Source: Cetorhinus maximus
Lineage: Eukaryota
DNA length: 64,000 bases
Assembly: GCF_964194155.1 (NCBI RefSeq)
Contig: NC_135881.1
Location: forward strand, 35,278,001 to 35,342,000
Reading direction: 5' to 3'
Of this stretch, positions 51,691-63,370 are shown piece after piece. The notes beneath the pieces are model-generated. The model did not search any database, was not told the DNA's origin, and worked only from the letters and a program-made list of their open reading frames with translations. How positions within the stretch are numbered: the stretch's first letter is position 1; every line of letters begins with the position of its first letter. Both the position numbers and the translations under genes were made by a program.

Positions 51691-52049
51691 TTCCTCCCCC
51701 TTTACTTTTGTTTTACCCTCTTATTTACAAAAAATCTTAACCCATATTAAATGTAAAATATACAGTTCATGCCATTATAAATTTAGTCTTTGAGGAAGTT
51801 TTTAGATTTGGGTAGAGCGACGCAACTCTACAACTGGAAGTTCTTCCACTGGATCGACTTGCACAGGAACTGCAGCTTCAGGGACATCCCTAGACAATGG
51901 CCGTTCAGAATTATTTATTTCAACAGAGACATCAGGTATGTCTATCCTTTGTCGATCTGGCACCTCAGGTGTCGAAGTTTCAACTTCGATTTCAGGTGGA
52001 CTAACTGATTTTTGGAGTGTTTCTCAACTTCTGAGATGATCCACATGTT

Positions 52050-54650
52050 TCCTAACAATCCTGTTTTCCACTTCTACCTGATAAGATAAAGGTCCTGTTT
52101 CAGAGACGATTGTATCAGGAACCCATCTCGGCCCAGTTGCAAAATATCGTACAAAAACTGTCTCTCCCACAGTAAACTCTCGACCTTTACTGTGAACGTC
52201 ATGATTTACTTTCTAACACCCCTGGTTTCTCTCCGCCTTCCCCTCTAAATTAGGGAATACTAGACTCCATCCCATATGAAGCCGATGCTTCATTAACAAT
52301 CCTGAATGTGTTAAACCAGTGGGTGCATGAGGAGTTGTGCAATAGCTGAAAGGGAAGCTTGAAATTTGTGTTTCTAATTTCCCTCTGATAGTTTCTTCAT
52401 GCTGGTTTTAAAGGTTTGTACTGCTCTTTCTGCCAAGCCATTAGGCAAGGGATGGTACGATGCTGTTCTGACATGTTTAATCCCATTTAGGTTCGCAAAT
52501 CTTTGGCATTCAGTGCTAGTGAAAGCCGTAACATTGCCTAACACAATAACTTCAGGTAAAGCACGAACACTGAAACTCTAGCACTGTTTTTCAATGATTG
52601 CAGACAAAGTGGGTGATCTCACTTCAAACACGCCTATCCATTTGGGATGTGCGTCAATAATTACGCGAAACATGGTACCTAGAAATGGATCTACATAGTC
52701 TATATGTAGTCTCACCCAGGGTCAACCAGGGCACTCCCACGGATGCAGTGGAGCTGAAACGGGCAACTTCTGCTGTTGCTGGCACTGGAGACAGTGCATC
52801 ATCATTTTTTCTATATCATTGTCTATACCTGGCCACCAGATATACCTTTGTGCGAGTATCTTCATTTTTGAAATACCTGGATGCGCACTATGAAGCTCTT
52901 CCTTGGACAGAGATAACAGCTCTTGCTCCCCATAACAAGATACCATCTTGACAACTCAGTTCGGATCTATATATAAAGAATGGATTCAATTCTTCAGGAA
53001 CTTGTGCATTTGACCATCCTTGTAATACTTGTTCACGACTCTTGCTAAAATTGGATCTCTATTTGTCCAATTCTTTATCTGTCTCGCTCAGACTGGTGAG
53101 GAGTCCAGGAAACTTAATGCAAGTACTACCCCTTGAGGTACATGTGTAATACTATTGGGCAAAGGGAGACGACTGAGAGCATCTGCCTTTGCTATATGCA
53201 CACCCGGACAGTGTATAAAAGTGTACTCATACGCCGACAAAATTAAAGCCCATTTTTGAATTCTTGCAGAAGCTATTGGTGGAATTGCCTTTTCACTGAA
53301 CAACCCTAACAATGGTTTCTGAACTGACACCATGGTGAAGTGTCAACCATGTAAATATTGATGGAAATTCTTTCCAAATGTGATAGATGAGCCCTCTTTT
53401 TCAATTTGCGATTAACCTTTCTCAGCTGTAGAAAGTGTTCTGGATACATATCCTATCGGTCTTTCAGATCCATCCTCCATCTTTTGTGGCAATACTGCTC
53501 CCACTCCGTAGGGAGATGCATCACAAGTGAGTATCAATTCCTCAGATGGGTCATAACAGACATGACGAGTGTAAAAGTTTCTTAACTCTAGTGAAGGCTT
53601 CCTCTTGCTGTGTCTTTCAGGACCATCTTTGGTTCTTCTTCAGTAATAAGTGTAAAGGGGCTAACATTATAGATAGATTAGACTGTAATAATTTACCCTG
53701 CCTAAAAAAGACTTGAGCTCCGTGATGTTGGTAGGAGAGGGCGCTTCCTTGGTTGCTCTGACTTTCTCCTCTAATGGATGCACCCACTCAATGACCCAGA
53801 TAAGCAACTTCCTTTGCTTGGAAGGTGAACTTTTCTTTTTTTTAAATGAACACCAGCCTCTAAAGATCTCTTTCGAACCTCTTCCAGGTTTGCTACGTGC
53901 TCTGCTTCTGTGGATCCTGTGATTAGGATGTTATCCAGGTACACTATAACTCGGGGGAGTCCTTGTACTAAGCTTTCCATGGTTCTCTGGAAAATCGCAC
54001 AAGCAGAGGACACGCTGAAGTGTAGGCCTGTGTACTGATACAGGCTCTTGTGCGTGTTTATGGTGACATAACTTCTTGATGTGTTGTCCAACTCAAGCTG
54101 CTGAAACACTAGACTCATGTCCAGTTTAGTGTAGGATCTTCTCCCTGTGAGTTTAACATCTTTGGGATTACACACTTGTCAAATTTCGCAGCCTTGTTTA
54201 TCATTGATTTATAACCCCCACAGATTCGAATGGTTTGGTCTGGTTTTAGCACAGGGACTATGGGTGCTGCCCATTCTGAAAATTGGACTGGCTGTATTAT
54301 TCCTAACTTTTCCAAACAAAATAATTCCGCAATTAACTTTTCACCTAGAATGTGAGGCACAGACCTTGTCTTAAAAAACCGGGCTGTTGCTTCAGAGTCC
54401 ATGTATATTTTAGCTTGCAGACCGTTGATTTTCCCCAGCTCATCTCAGAATACTCTGTCATATTTTTTCAGCAACTCTGGAATTCCTCCTGTCCTGATCA
54501 GAAAAATTTCTGTCCAGTTTAATTTAATTTCTTTCAACCAAACAGGTCCTTCTTCACCTGTTACAACAATAATTGGAAGTTGAGCTGTCTGTTGCATGTA
54601 TGATACAGGTACAGGGGTGATGCCTTTCACGTTTATTGCTTCTCTTGTAT
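52050..54650 (-). pseudogene. pol: Gypsy pol remnant (RT, RNase H, integrase)
   Basis: FSEWAAPIVPV, YLDNILI (cf. YLDD), CDAS, ADALSRLP, LHSAHPG...CLQCQ zinc finger. Confidence 0.88.
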
Positions 54651-56220
54651 AAAAGCAAAAAAACTGCGGATGCTGGAAATCCAAAACAAAAATAAAAATA
54701 CCTGGAAAAACTCAGCAGGTCTGGCAGCATCTGCGGAGAGGAACACAGTTAACGTTTCGAGTCCGTATGACTCTTCAACAGAACTAAGGGAAAATAGAAA
54801 AGAGGTGAAATATAAGCTGGTTTAAGTGGGGGAGTGGGGGGGCAGGTAGAGCTGGATAGAGGGCCAGTGATAGGTGGAGATAGCCAAAAAATGTCATAGA
54901 CAAAAGGACAAAGAGGTGTTGAAGGTGGTGATACTATCTAAGGAATGTGCTAATTAAGGGTAGAAAGCAGATCAAACAAGGTACATATAGCCCTAGTGGG
55001 GGTGGGGTGGGGTGAAGAGAAGGGATCGAAATAGGCTAAAAGGTAAAGACAAAACAATGGATGGAAATATATTTAAAAATAATGGAAATAGGTAGGAAAA
55101 GAAAAATAGAAAAAAAAGAAAAAAATTACTGGAAAAAAAAGGGGGATTGGAAAGGGGGTGGGGATGGAGGAGAGAGTTCATGATCTAAAATTGTTGAACT
55201 CAATATTCAGTCTGGAAGGCTGTAAAGTGCCTAGTCGGAAGATGAGGTGCTGTTCCTCCAGTTTGCGTCGAGTTTCACTGGAACAATGCAGCAGGCCAAG
55301 GACGGACATATGGGCATGAGAGCAGGGTGGAGTGTTGAAATGGCAAGCAACAGGGAGGTCTGGGTAATGCCTGCGGACAGACCAAAGGTGTTCTGCAAAG
55401 CGGTCACCCAGTCTGCGTTTGGTCTCTCCAATGTAGAGGAAACCGCATTGGGAGCAACGCATGCAGTAGACTAAATTGAGGGAAGTGCAAGTGAAATGCT
55501 GCTTCACTTGAAAGGAGTGTTTGGGCCCTTGGACGGTGAGGAGAGGGGAAGTAAAGGGGCAGGTGTTGCACTTTCTGCGGTTGCATGGAAAGGTGCCGTG
55601 GGAGGGGGTTGAGGTGTAGGGGGTGATGGAGGAGTAGACAAGGGTGTCCCAGAAGAAACAATCCCTGTGGAATGCCGCCGGGGGGGTGAAGGGAAGATGT
55701 GTTTCGTGGTGGCATCATGCTGGAGTTGGCGGAAATGGCGGAGGATGATCCTTTGAATGCAGAGGCTGGTGGGGTGATAACTGAGGACAAGGGGGACCCT
55801 ATCATGGTTCTGGGAGGGAGAGGAAGGTGTGAGGGTGGCGCGGGAGATGGGCCGGACACGGTTGAGGGCCCTGTCAAACAGCGTGGGTAGAAAACCTCGG
55901 TTAAGGAAGAAAGAAGACATGTCAGAGGAACTGTTTTTGAAAGTGGCATCATCGGAACAGATGCGACGGAGGCGAAGGAATTGAGAGAATGGGATGGAGT
56001 CCTTACAGGAAGCGGGGTGTGAGGACCTGTAATCGAGGTAGCTGTGGGAGTCGGTAGACCTGTAATGAATATTGGTGGACAGTCTATCACCAGAAATTGA
56101 GACCGAGAGATCAAGGAAGGGAAGGGAAGTGTCAGTGCTGGACCATGTGAAAGTGATGGAGGGGTGCAAATTGGAAGCTAAATTAATAAATTTTTCCTTT
56201 TGCCTTTGGATTTTTAAATT
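54651..56220 (-). mobile_element. Neptune-type Penelope element inserted in the Gypsy protease region
   Basis: RT ORF 55504-56169 and GIY-YIG ORF 55178-55507; degenerate 15-bp TSD TTGCTTCTCTTGTAT / TTGCTTGTCCTGTAT (54636-54650, 56221-56235). Confidence 0.92.
54747..54785 (-). ncRNA. Hammerhead-like motif
   Basis: AGTT-CTGTTGA-A-GAGTC-ATACG-GACTC-GAAA-CGTT-AACT; stem II fully Watson-Crick paired. Confidence 0.72.
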
Positions 56221-57297
56221 TTGCTTGTCCTGTATATGTTTTTAACTGAGCAGTGGTTTTCTCCAAACTCAATGGCTGGGTACCTTCTCTGAGGTATTTA
56301 AGGATGTGTTCTCCCACCACTGCGATCAATGCTCCTGTGCCCACCTCCATGAGCAGCGGTTTTCCATTTACTTTAAAGGTAACAGTGGTTGGTTCAGTTT
56401 TCCTGGCCTTCAGATTGTGTAGGGAATAAACGTCGGCTTCAGTAACTTCTGGCTCATCCATATTGTGCACTTCATTTAACTTGACCTGAATGGTTGTCTT
56501 GATCGAGTTCTGCACTGTTTAACAACATGCCCTTTTTTGTGGCAGTAGTGGCATTCTGCCTCTTTAAATCTACAGACTTCAGGTGCATGATTTCCCCCAC
56601 AACGGTAATGCTTTAACTTCTGGGTTACTGGTGAGCTGCTTCCAGCATTTACTTTTATTTTTCTGGCGGTAGGGACAGTGTTCCACTTCATTTTACCCTC
56701 CCTGATCTTTTGCCATGCCTGGCAGCAGGTTCCTGCCCAGCTGCAAAATGGAGCCCTGTTGCACACTCTTGCAAAGCTTGCGAGTCCCTCTCAGCGCTCT
56801 CCATTGCGAGCTCTATCTCCATGGTGCACTTCAGGTCTATCTCAACTTCTGCATGCAAACAGTGCTGAATGGCTTGTGGCTTATGCTGTAAACTAAATCA
56901 CCTCGCAACATGCTGTTTAAAGTATCACCAAAGTCACAGTGCTCCGTTCTCTGTTTTGACTTCGCAATGTACATTGCGATTGACTCACTGGGATTCAGGT
57001 GTCAGGTGCCCTTATTCGAGAATTACACTTGAATCTTTGCATGATCACAGAGGGTTAAGGCTGAAAATGTCCTTTCACAAGGTAAACTAACTCGGTGAAG
57101 GGTCTGCAATTTGGCGCGGTTGGAGCCATCAAGCTATGGATCAAGCTATAGGTTTTGCTCCTGCAGACACATGGGAGAATTGCCTTCCATTTCTCCTCAG
57201 CCATTATTTCATTAGCTACAAGGTAGAAGCCTAATTGCTCAACGTATTGACTCCAAATGGATGAGTCATAATTGTCAATTCTGCCAAAGTGAGGCAT
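56221..57297 (-). pseudogene. gag: Gypsy gag-protease remnant
   Basis: MPHFGRIDNYD...WSQYVEQL; two CCHC-type knuckles (YRCGGNH...C; CHYCHKKGHVVKQC); MEVGTGA (decayed DTG). Confidence 0.85.
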
Positions 57298-57380
57298 TGC
57301 TGGCGAGTATACTTCCTTTCTTCCCTTAAAATACCGGGATACTCACAGTCGTGAGGTGAGGTGCTGCGTCGGTGCTTTTT

Positions 57381-57393
57381 ATCCTCGTCGCCA
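57381..57393 (-). other. Primer binding site, tRNA-Ser(GCU)-type
   Basis: TGGCGACGAGGAT, complementary to the tRNA 3' end ...AUCCUCGUCGCCA. Confidence 0.8.
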
Positions 57394-57395
57394 GT

Positions 57396-57600
57396 TATAA
57401 TAAACTTGGAGAGTGCAGGAGAGGATTCTTGTAAGAAACAGTGAACTTTATTAACAAACTCCAGACGAGGCTACATGCTTGTTTCAAGACCAAGGCTAAA
57501 AAGCTCTACCCCTAATTTTCCCCGCACTTATGGCTGATTGGTTTATACCGTTACATGATCCCCATAACAGTATGAAATGGTTTAACTTACAATCATTACA
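57396..57600 (-). repeat. 5' LTR
   Basis: 205 bp, same length as 51486-51690, with many substitutions. Confidence 0.9.
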
Positions 57601-57688
57601 GGTTTCAAGGGCACACTTCATGCGCATGCGCAAATGCAGTGTTCTGGAGCATGCACATTGTGATTTTGGCAACCATCTTTAATGGCGG

Positions 57689-60500
57689 CAGCCTTGGCAG
57701 CTGTCACTCCATTTTCATATATTGTGAAATGAATTGTTGATATTTGACCTTGTGAAATAAATTGCAAGATGCTTATGCATTCCATTCTGCTCAAAAGGTT
57801 TCATTGCCTATTATACCAGGCCATGGTTGTTTCACAAATTGAAGTCTCCTGATTGAAAGTCTGTGTTGCTGCGGCACAGTTGAGGTGGTTCTGATAAGAA
57901 TTGGTTCTTGCTCTGCTGCTTCGACCGATGCTTATCTCTCTAACCACCCTTGTAGACTGTATGATAAAGCTGAAACGCTATCCTATACAGCTCATATAAC
58001 TTTCATTAAACTCTCTTTCCTGAAGCTGGAAGCACCAAGGCATTTTATTGGCTTCTGTGAGATGTAATAAAAGTCTTGAGGGATTCACTGGTTACATAAC
58101 CACAGTCGACATTAGTGCATAAGGGTTACCCACTCTTTTCATTGATTGATATTGTTATGGAGAGGGTAAGAGAGAATATCTGAAATCCCTATCCCATTCC
58201 CAACTGTCCATAATCAGTGAATTTTTGAGAGGAAAACATGTGTGTTTTTTTTAACCCCTAAGTGTGTGGATGATTTGAATAACCAGCAGCAAGCTTTTTG
58301 TCAGTTTAAACAAAGTGGATGATCCAACGAGTGGATGATCCAGCTCGGCCTCCTCTGGAGGTCTTCAGCATCACAGATGACAGTCTTCAACCAATTCAAT
58401 TCACTCCAAGTGATATCAAGAAACAGTTGAAGGCACTGGATATTGCAGAGACCATGGGGCCTGACAATATTCCAGCAATAGTACTTAAGACTTGTGCTCC
58501 AGAATGTGCAGTGCCCCTAGCCAAGCTGTTCCAGTTCAACTACAACACTGGCATCTACCCAGCTAAGTGGAAATTGCCCAGTTATGTCCTGTACACAAAA
58601 AGCAGGACAATTCCAACCCGACCAATTACCATCCATCAGTCTATTCTCGATCATCAGTAAAGTGATGGAAGGGGTCATCAACAGTGCTATCAAGCGGCAC
58701 TTGCTTAGCAATAACCTGCTCTCTGACACCCAGTTTGGGTTCCGCCAGGGCCACTCAGTTCCTGACCTTATTTCAACCTTAGTTCAAACATGGACAAAAG
58801 AGCTGAACTCCCAGTGTGAGGCGAGAGTGACTGCCCTTGACACCAAGGCCGCATTTGACCTGGTGCAGTATCAAGGAGCCCTAGCAAAACTGAAGTCAAT
58901 GGGAATCAGGGGGAAAATTCTCCATTGGTTGGAGTCATACATGGATGCATAGTGGATGCATTAGTGGTCATCTTCCGAGATTCTATAAACTCTGGAACAG
59001 CTCCTACAGATTGGAGGGCAGCTAATGTAACCCCACTATTTAAAAAGGGAGGTAGAGAGAAAACATGGAATTATAGACTATTCAGGCTGACGTCTGTAGT
59101 GGAGAAAATTCTAGAATCCATTATAAAAGATGTAATAGCTGAGCACTTGGAAAACAGTGGCAGAATCGGACAGAGTCAGCATGGATTGATGAAAGGGAAA
59201 TCATGCTTGACAAATCTACTGGAATTTTTTGAGAATGTAACTAGTGGAGTTGATGAGGGGGAGCCAGTGGATGTGGTTTATTTGGACTTTCAGAAGGCTT
59301 TCGACAAAGCCCCACATAAGAGATTGGCGTGTAAAATTAAAGCGCATGGAATTGGGGATAATGTATTGAGATGGATAAAAAACTGGTTGGCAGAAAGGAA
59401 ACAAAGATTAGGAATAAACGGGTCTTTTTCCGAATGGCAGGATGCCGTAGGGATCGGTGCTGGGACCCTGCTATTCACAATATATAGTAATGATTTAGAT
59501 GAGGGGACTAAATGTAATATCTCCAAATTTGCAGATGACACAAAGCTGGGTGGGAGGGTGCGCTGTGAGAAGGATGCAGAGATGCTTCAGTGTGATTTGG
59601 ACAAGCTGACTGAGTGGGAAAATGCATGGCAGATGCAGCATAATGTGGATAAATGTGAGGTTATCCACTTTGGTAGCAAAAACAAGAAGGCAGATTATTA
59701 TCTGAATGGCTATAAATTGAGAGAGGGGAATGTGCAAAAAGACCTGGGTGTCCTCGTATACCAGTCGCTGAAGGTAAGCATGCAGGTGCAGCAGGCGGTA
59801 AAGAAGGCAAATGGTATGTTGGCCTTCATAGCCAGAGGATTCGAGTACAGGAACAGGGATGCCTTGCTGCAGTTACACAGGGCCTTGGTAAGACCACACC
59901 TGGGATATTTGGGTCTCCTTATCTGAGGAAGGATGTTCTTGCTATAGGGAGAATGCAGCGAAGTTTTACCAGACTGATCCCTGGGATGGCAGGACTGACA
60001 TATGAGGAGAGATTGAGTCGATTAGGATTATATTCGCTGGAGTTCAGAAGAATGATAGAATAATAGAAACCTATAAAATTCTAACATAACTAGACAGGGT
60101 GGACGCAGGAAAGATGTTCCCATTCGTCAGGGAGTCCAGAACCAGGGGTCACAGTCTAAGGATACAGGGTTGACCATTTAGGACTGAGATGAGGAGAAAT
60201 TTCTTCACCCAGAGAGTGGTGAGCCTGTGGAATTCGTTACCACAGAAAGTAGTTGAGACCAAAACATTGTATGTTTTCAAGAAGGCATTAGATATAGCTC
60301 TTGGGGCGAAAGGGATCAAAGGGTGTAGGGAGAAAGTGGGAGCAGGCTATTGAGTTGGATGATCAGCCATGATCATAATGAATGGTGGAGCAGGCTCAAA
60401 GGACCAAATGGCCTACACCTGCTCCTATTTCCTATGTTTCTATACCTAGCACAAAGGAAGATGGTTGTGGTTGTTGGAGGTCAGTCATCTCAGCTTCAGG
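57689..60500 (+). repeat. Left arm of a large inverted duplication
   Basis: Reverse complement of 61188-64000; mirrored ORF pairs such as 57885-58067 / 63621-63803 and 58319-58660 / 63028-63369. Confidence 0.95.
58320..60500 (+). mobile_element. HER1-like LINE RT fragment interrupted by a CR1 (about 58941-60441)
   Basis: GPDNIPAIVLK, QFGFRQGHS, LDTKAAFD; LINE resumes at ATACCTAGCACAAAGG; CR1 ORF 58925-59926 has QHGLMKGKSCLTNLLEF, YLDFQKAFD, KFADD. Confidence 0.9.
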
Positions 60501-63370
60501 TTTGGAAGGTGCTGCCCAAGGAACCTTGGTGAGTTCCTGCAGTGCATCTTGTAGATGGTACACACTGCTGCTACTGTGTGTCGGTGGTGGAGGGAGTGAA
60601 TGTTTATGGATGTGGTGCCAATCAAGCAGGCTACTTTGACCTGGATGGTGTCAAGCTTCTCGAGTGTTGTGGCAGCTGTACTCATCCAGGCAAGTGGGGA
60701 GTAATCTATCACATTCCTGACTTGTGCCTTGTAGATGATGCACAGGCTTTGGGGAGCCAGGAGGTGAGTTACTCGTCGCACCATTCCTAGCCTCTGAACT
60801 GCTCTTGTAGCCATAGTATTTATATGGCTAGTCCAGTTCAGTTTTGGTCAATGGTAACCTCCAGGATGTTGATAGTGAGGGATTCATTGATGGTAATGCC
60901 ACTGAACATCAAGGGGTGATGGTTAGATTCTATCTTGTTGGAGATGGTCATTGCCTGGCACTTGTGTGGCACGAATGTTACATGCCACTTGCCAGCCCAA
61001 GCTTGAATATTGTCATTTGGACATGGACTGCTTCAGTATCTGAGGAGTTGCGAATGGTGCTGAACATTGTGCAATCATCAGCGAACATCCCCACACCTGA
61101 CTTTATTATGGAAGAAAGTTCATTGATGAAGCAGCTGAAGATGGTTTTGGCTAAGGACACTACCCTGAGGAACTCCTGCAGTGATGTCTTGGAGCTGAGA
61201 TGACTGACCTCCAACAATCACAACCATCTTCCTTTGTGCTAGGTATAGAAACATAGGAAATAGGAGCAGGAGTAGGCCATTCGGCCCTTTGAGCCTGCTC
61301 CGCCATTCATTATGATCATCCAACTCAATAGCCTGCTCCCTCTTTCTCCCAACACCCTTTGATCCCTTTCTCCCCAAGAGCTATATCTAACACCTTCTTG
61401 AAAACATACAATGTTTTGGTCTCAACTATTTTCTGTGGTAACGAGTTCCACAGGCTCACCTCTCCATGGGTGAAGAAATTTCTCCTCATCTCTGTGCTAA
61501 ATGGTCTACCCCTTATCCTCAGACTGTGACCCCTGGTTCTGGACTACCCCACCATCAGGAACATCCTTCCTGCATCCACCCTGTCTAGTCATATTAGAAT
61601 TTTATAGGTTTCTATTATTCTATCATTCTTCTGAACTCCAGCGAATATAATCCTAATCAACTCAATCTTTCCTCGTATGTCAGTCCTGCCATCCCAAGGA
61701 TCAGTCTGGTAAACCTTCGCTGCACTCCCTCTATAGCAAGATCATCCTTCCTCAGATAAGGAGACCAAAATATCCCAGGTGTGGTCTCACCAAGGCCCTG
61801 TATAATTGCAGCAAGACATCCTTGCTCCTGTACTCGAATCCTCTGGCTATGAAGGCCAACATACCATTTGTCTTCTTTGCTGCCTGCTACAATTGCATGG
61901 TTACCTTCAGCGACTGGTGTACAAGGACACCCAGGTCTTTTTGCACATTCCCGTCTCTCAATTTATAGCCATTCAGATAATAATCTGCCTTCCTGTTTTT
62001 GCTACCAAAGTGGATAACCTCACATTTATCCACATTATGCTGCATCTGCCATGCATTTGCCCACTCAGTCAGCTTGTCCAAATCACACTGAAGCATCTCT
62101 GCATCCTCCTCACAGCTCACCCACCCACCCAGCTTTGTGTCATCTGCAAATTTGGAGATATTACATTTAGTCCCCTCATCTAAATCATTACTATATATTG
62201 TTAATAGCAGGGTCCCAGCACCGATCCCTACGGTATCCCACGAGTCACTGCCTGCCATTCGGAAAAAGACCCGTTTATTCCTACTCTTTGTTTCCTTTCT
62301 GCCAACCAGTTTTTTATCCATCTCAATACACTACTCCCAATCCCATGCGCTTTAATTTTACACGCTAATCTCTTATGTGGGGCTTTGTCGAAAGCCTTCT
62401 GAAAGTCCAAATAAACCACATCTGGCTCCCCCTCATCAACTCTACTAGTTACATTCTCGAAAAATTCCAGTAGATTTGTCAAGCATGATTTCCCTTTCAT
62501 CAATCCATGCTGACTCTGTCCGATTCTGCCACTGTTTTCCAAGTGCTCAGCTATTACATCTTTTATAATGGATTCTAGAATTTTCCCCACCACCGACGTC
62601 AGGCTGAATTGTCTATAATTCCATGTTTTCTCTCTACCTCCCTTTTTAAATAGTGGGGTTACATTAGCTGCCCTCCAATCTGTAGGAGCTGTTCCAGAGT
62701 TTGTAGAATCTCGGAAGATGACCACTAATGCATCCACTATGCATCCATGTATGACTCCAACCAATGGAGAATTTTCCCCCTGATTCCCATTGACTTCAGT
62801 TTTGCTAGGGCTCCTTGATACTACACCGGGTCAAATGCGGCCTTGATGTCAAGGGCAGTCACTCTCGCCTCACACTGGGAGTTCAGCTCTTTTGTCCATG
62901 TTTGAACTAAGGCTGTAATAAGGTCAGGAACTGAGTGGCCTGGCGGAACCCAAACTGGGTGTCATAGAGCAGGTTATTGCTAAGCAAGTGCCGCTTGATA
63001 GCACTGTTGATGACCCCTTCCATCACTTTACTGATGATCGAGAATAGACTGATGGATGGTAATTGGTCGGGTTGGAATTGTCCTGCTTTTTGTGTACAGG
63101 ACATAACTGGGCAATTTCCACTTAGCTGGGTAGATGCCAGTGTTGTGGTTGAACTGGAACAGCTTGGCTAGGGGCACTGCACATTCTGGAGCACAAGTCT
63201 TAAGTACTATTGCTGGAATATTGTCAGGCCCCATGGTCTTTGCAATATCCAGTGCCTTCAACTGTTTCTTGATATCACTTGGAGTGAATTGAATTGGTTG
63301 AAGACTGGCATCTGTGAGGCTGGAGACCTCCAGAGGAGGCCGAGCTGGATCATCCACTCGTTGGATCATC
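60501..63370 (-). mobile_element. HER1-like LINE on the minus strand with the same CR1 insertion (about 61247-62750); covers the spacer and most of the right arm
   Basis: MFADDCT and AGVPQGSV; mirrored CR1 ORFs 61887-62321 and 62228-62764. Confidence 0.9.

Larger units (their letters stand above)
51486..57600 (-). mobile_element. Full-length decayed Ty3/Gypsy LTR retrotransposon (K02A2.6/Mag-like)
   Basis: Two 205-bp LTRs, PBS, PPT; domain order gag-PR-RT-RH-IN; many stops and frameshifts; flanks GGTGC/GGTTT. Confidence 0.93.

Noticed and set aside
58925-59926. Longest ORF (333 aa) as a host gene
   Set aside because: It is a CR1 RT fragment; the PQG motif is lost to a deletion and the mirror copy is frameshifted
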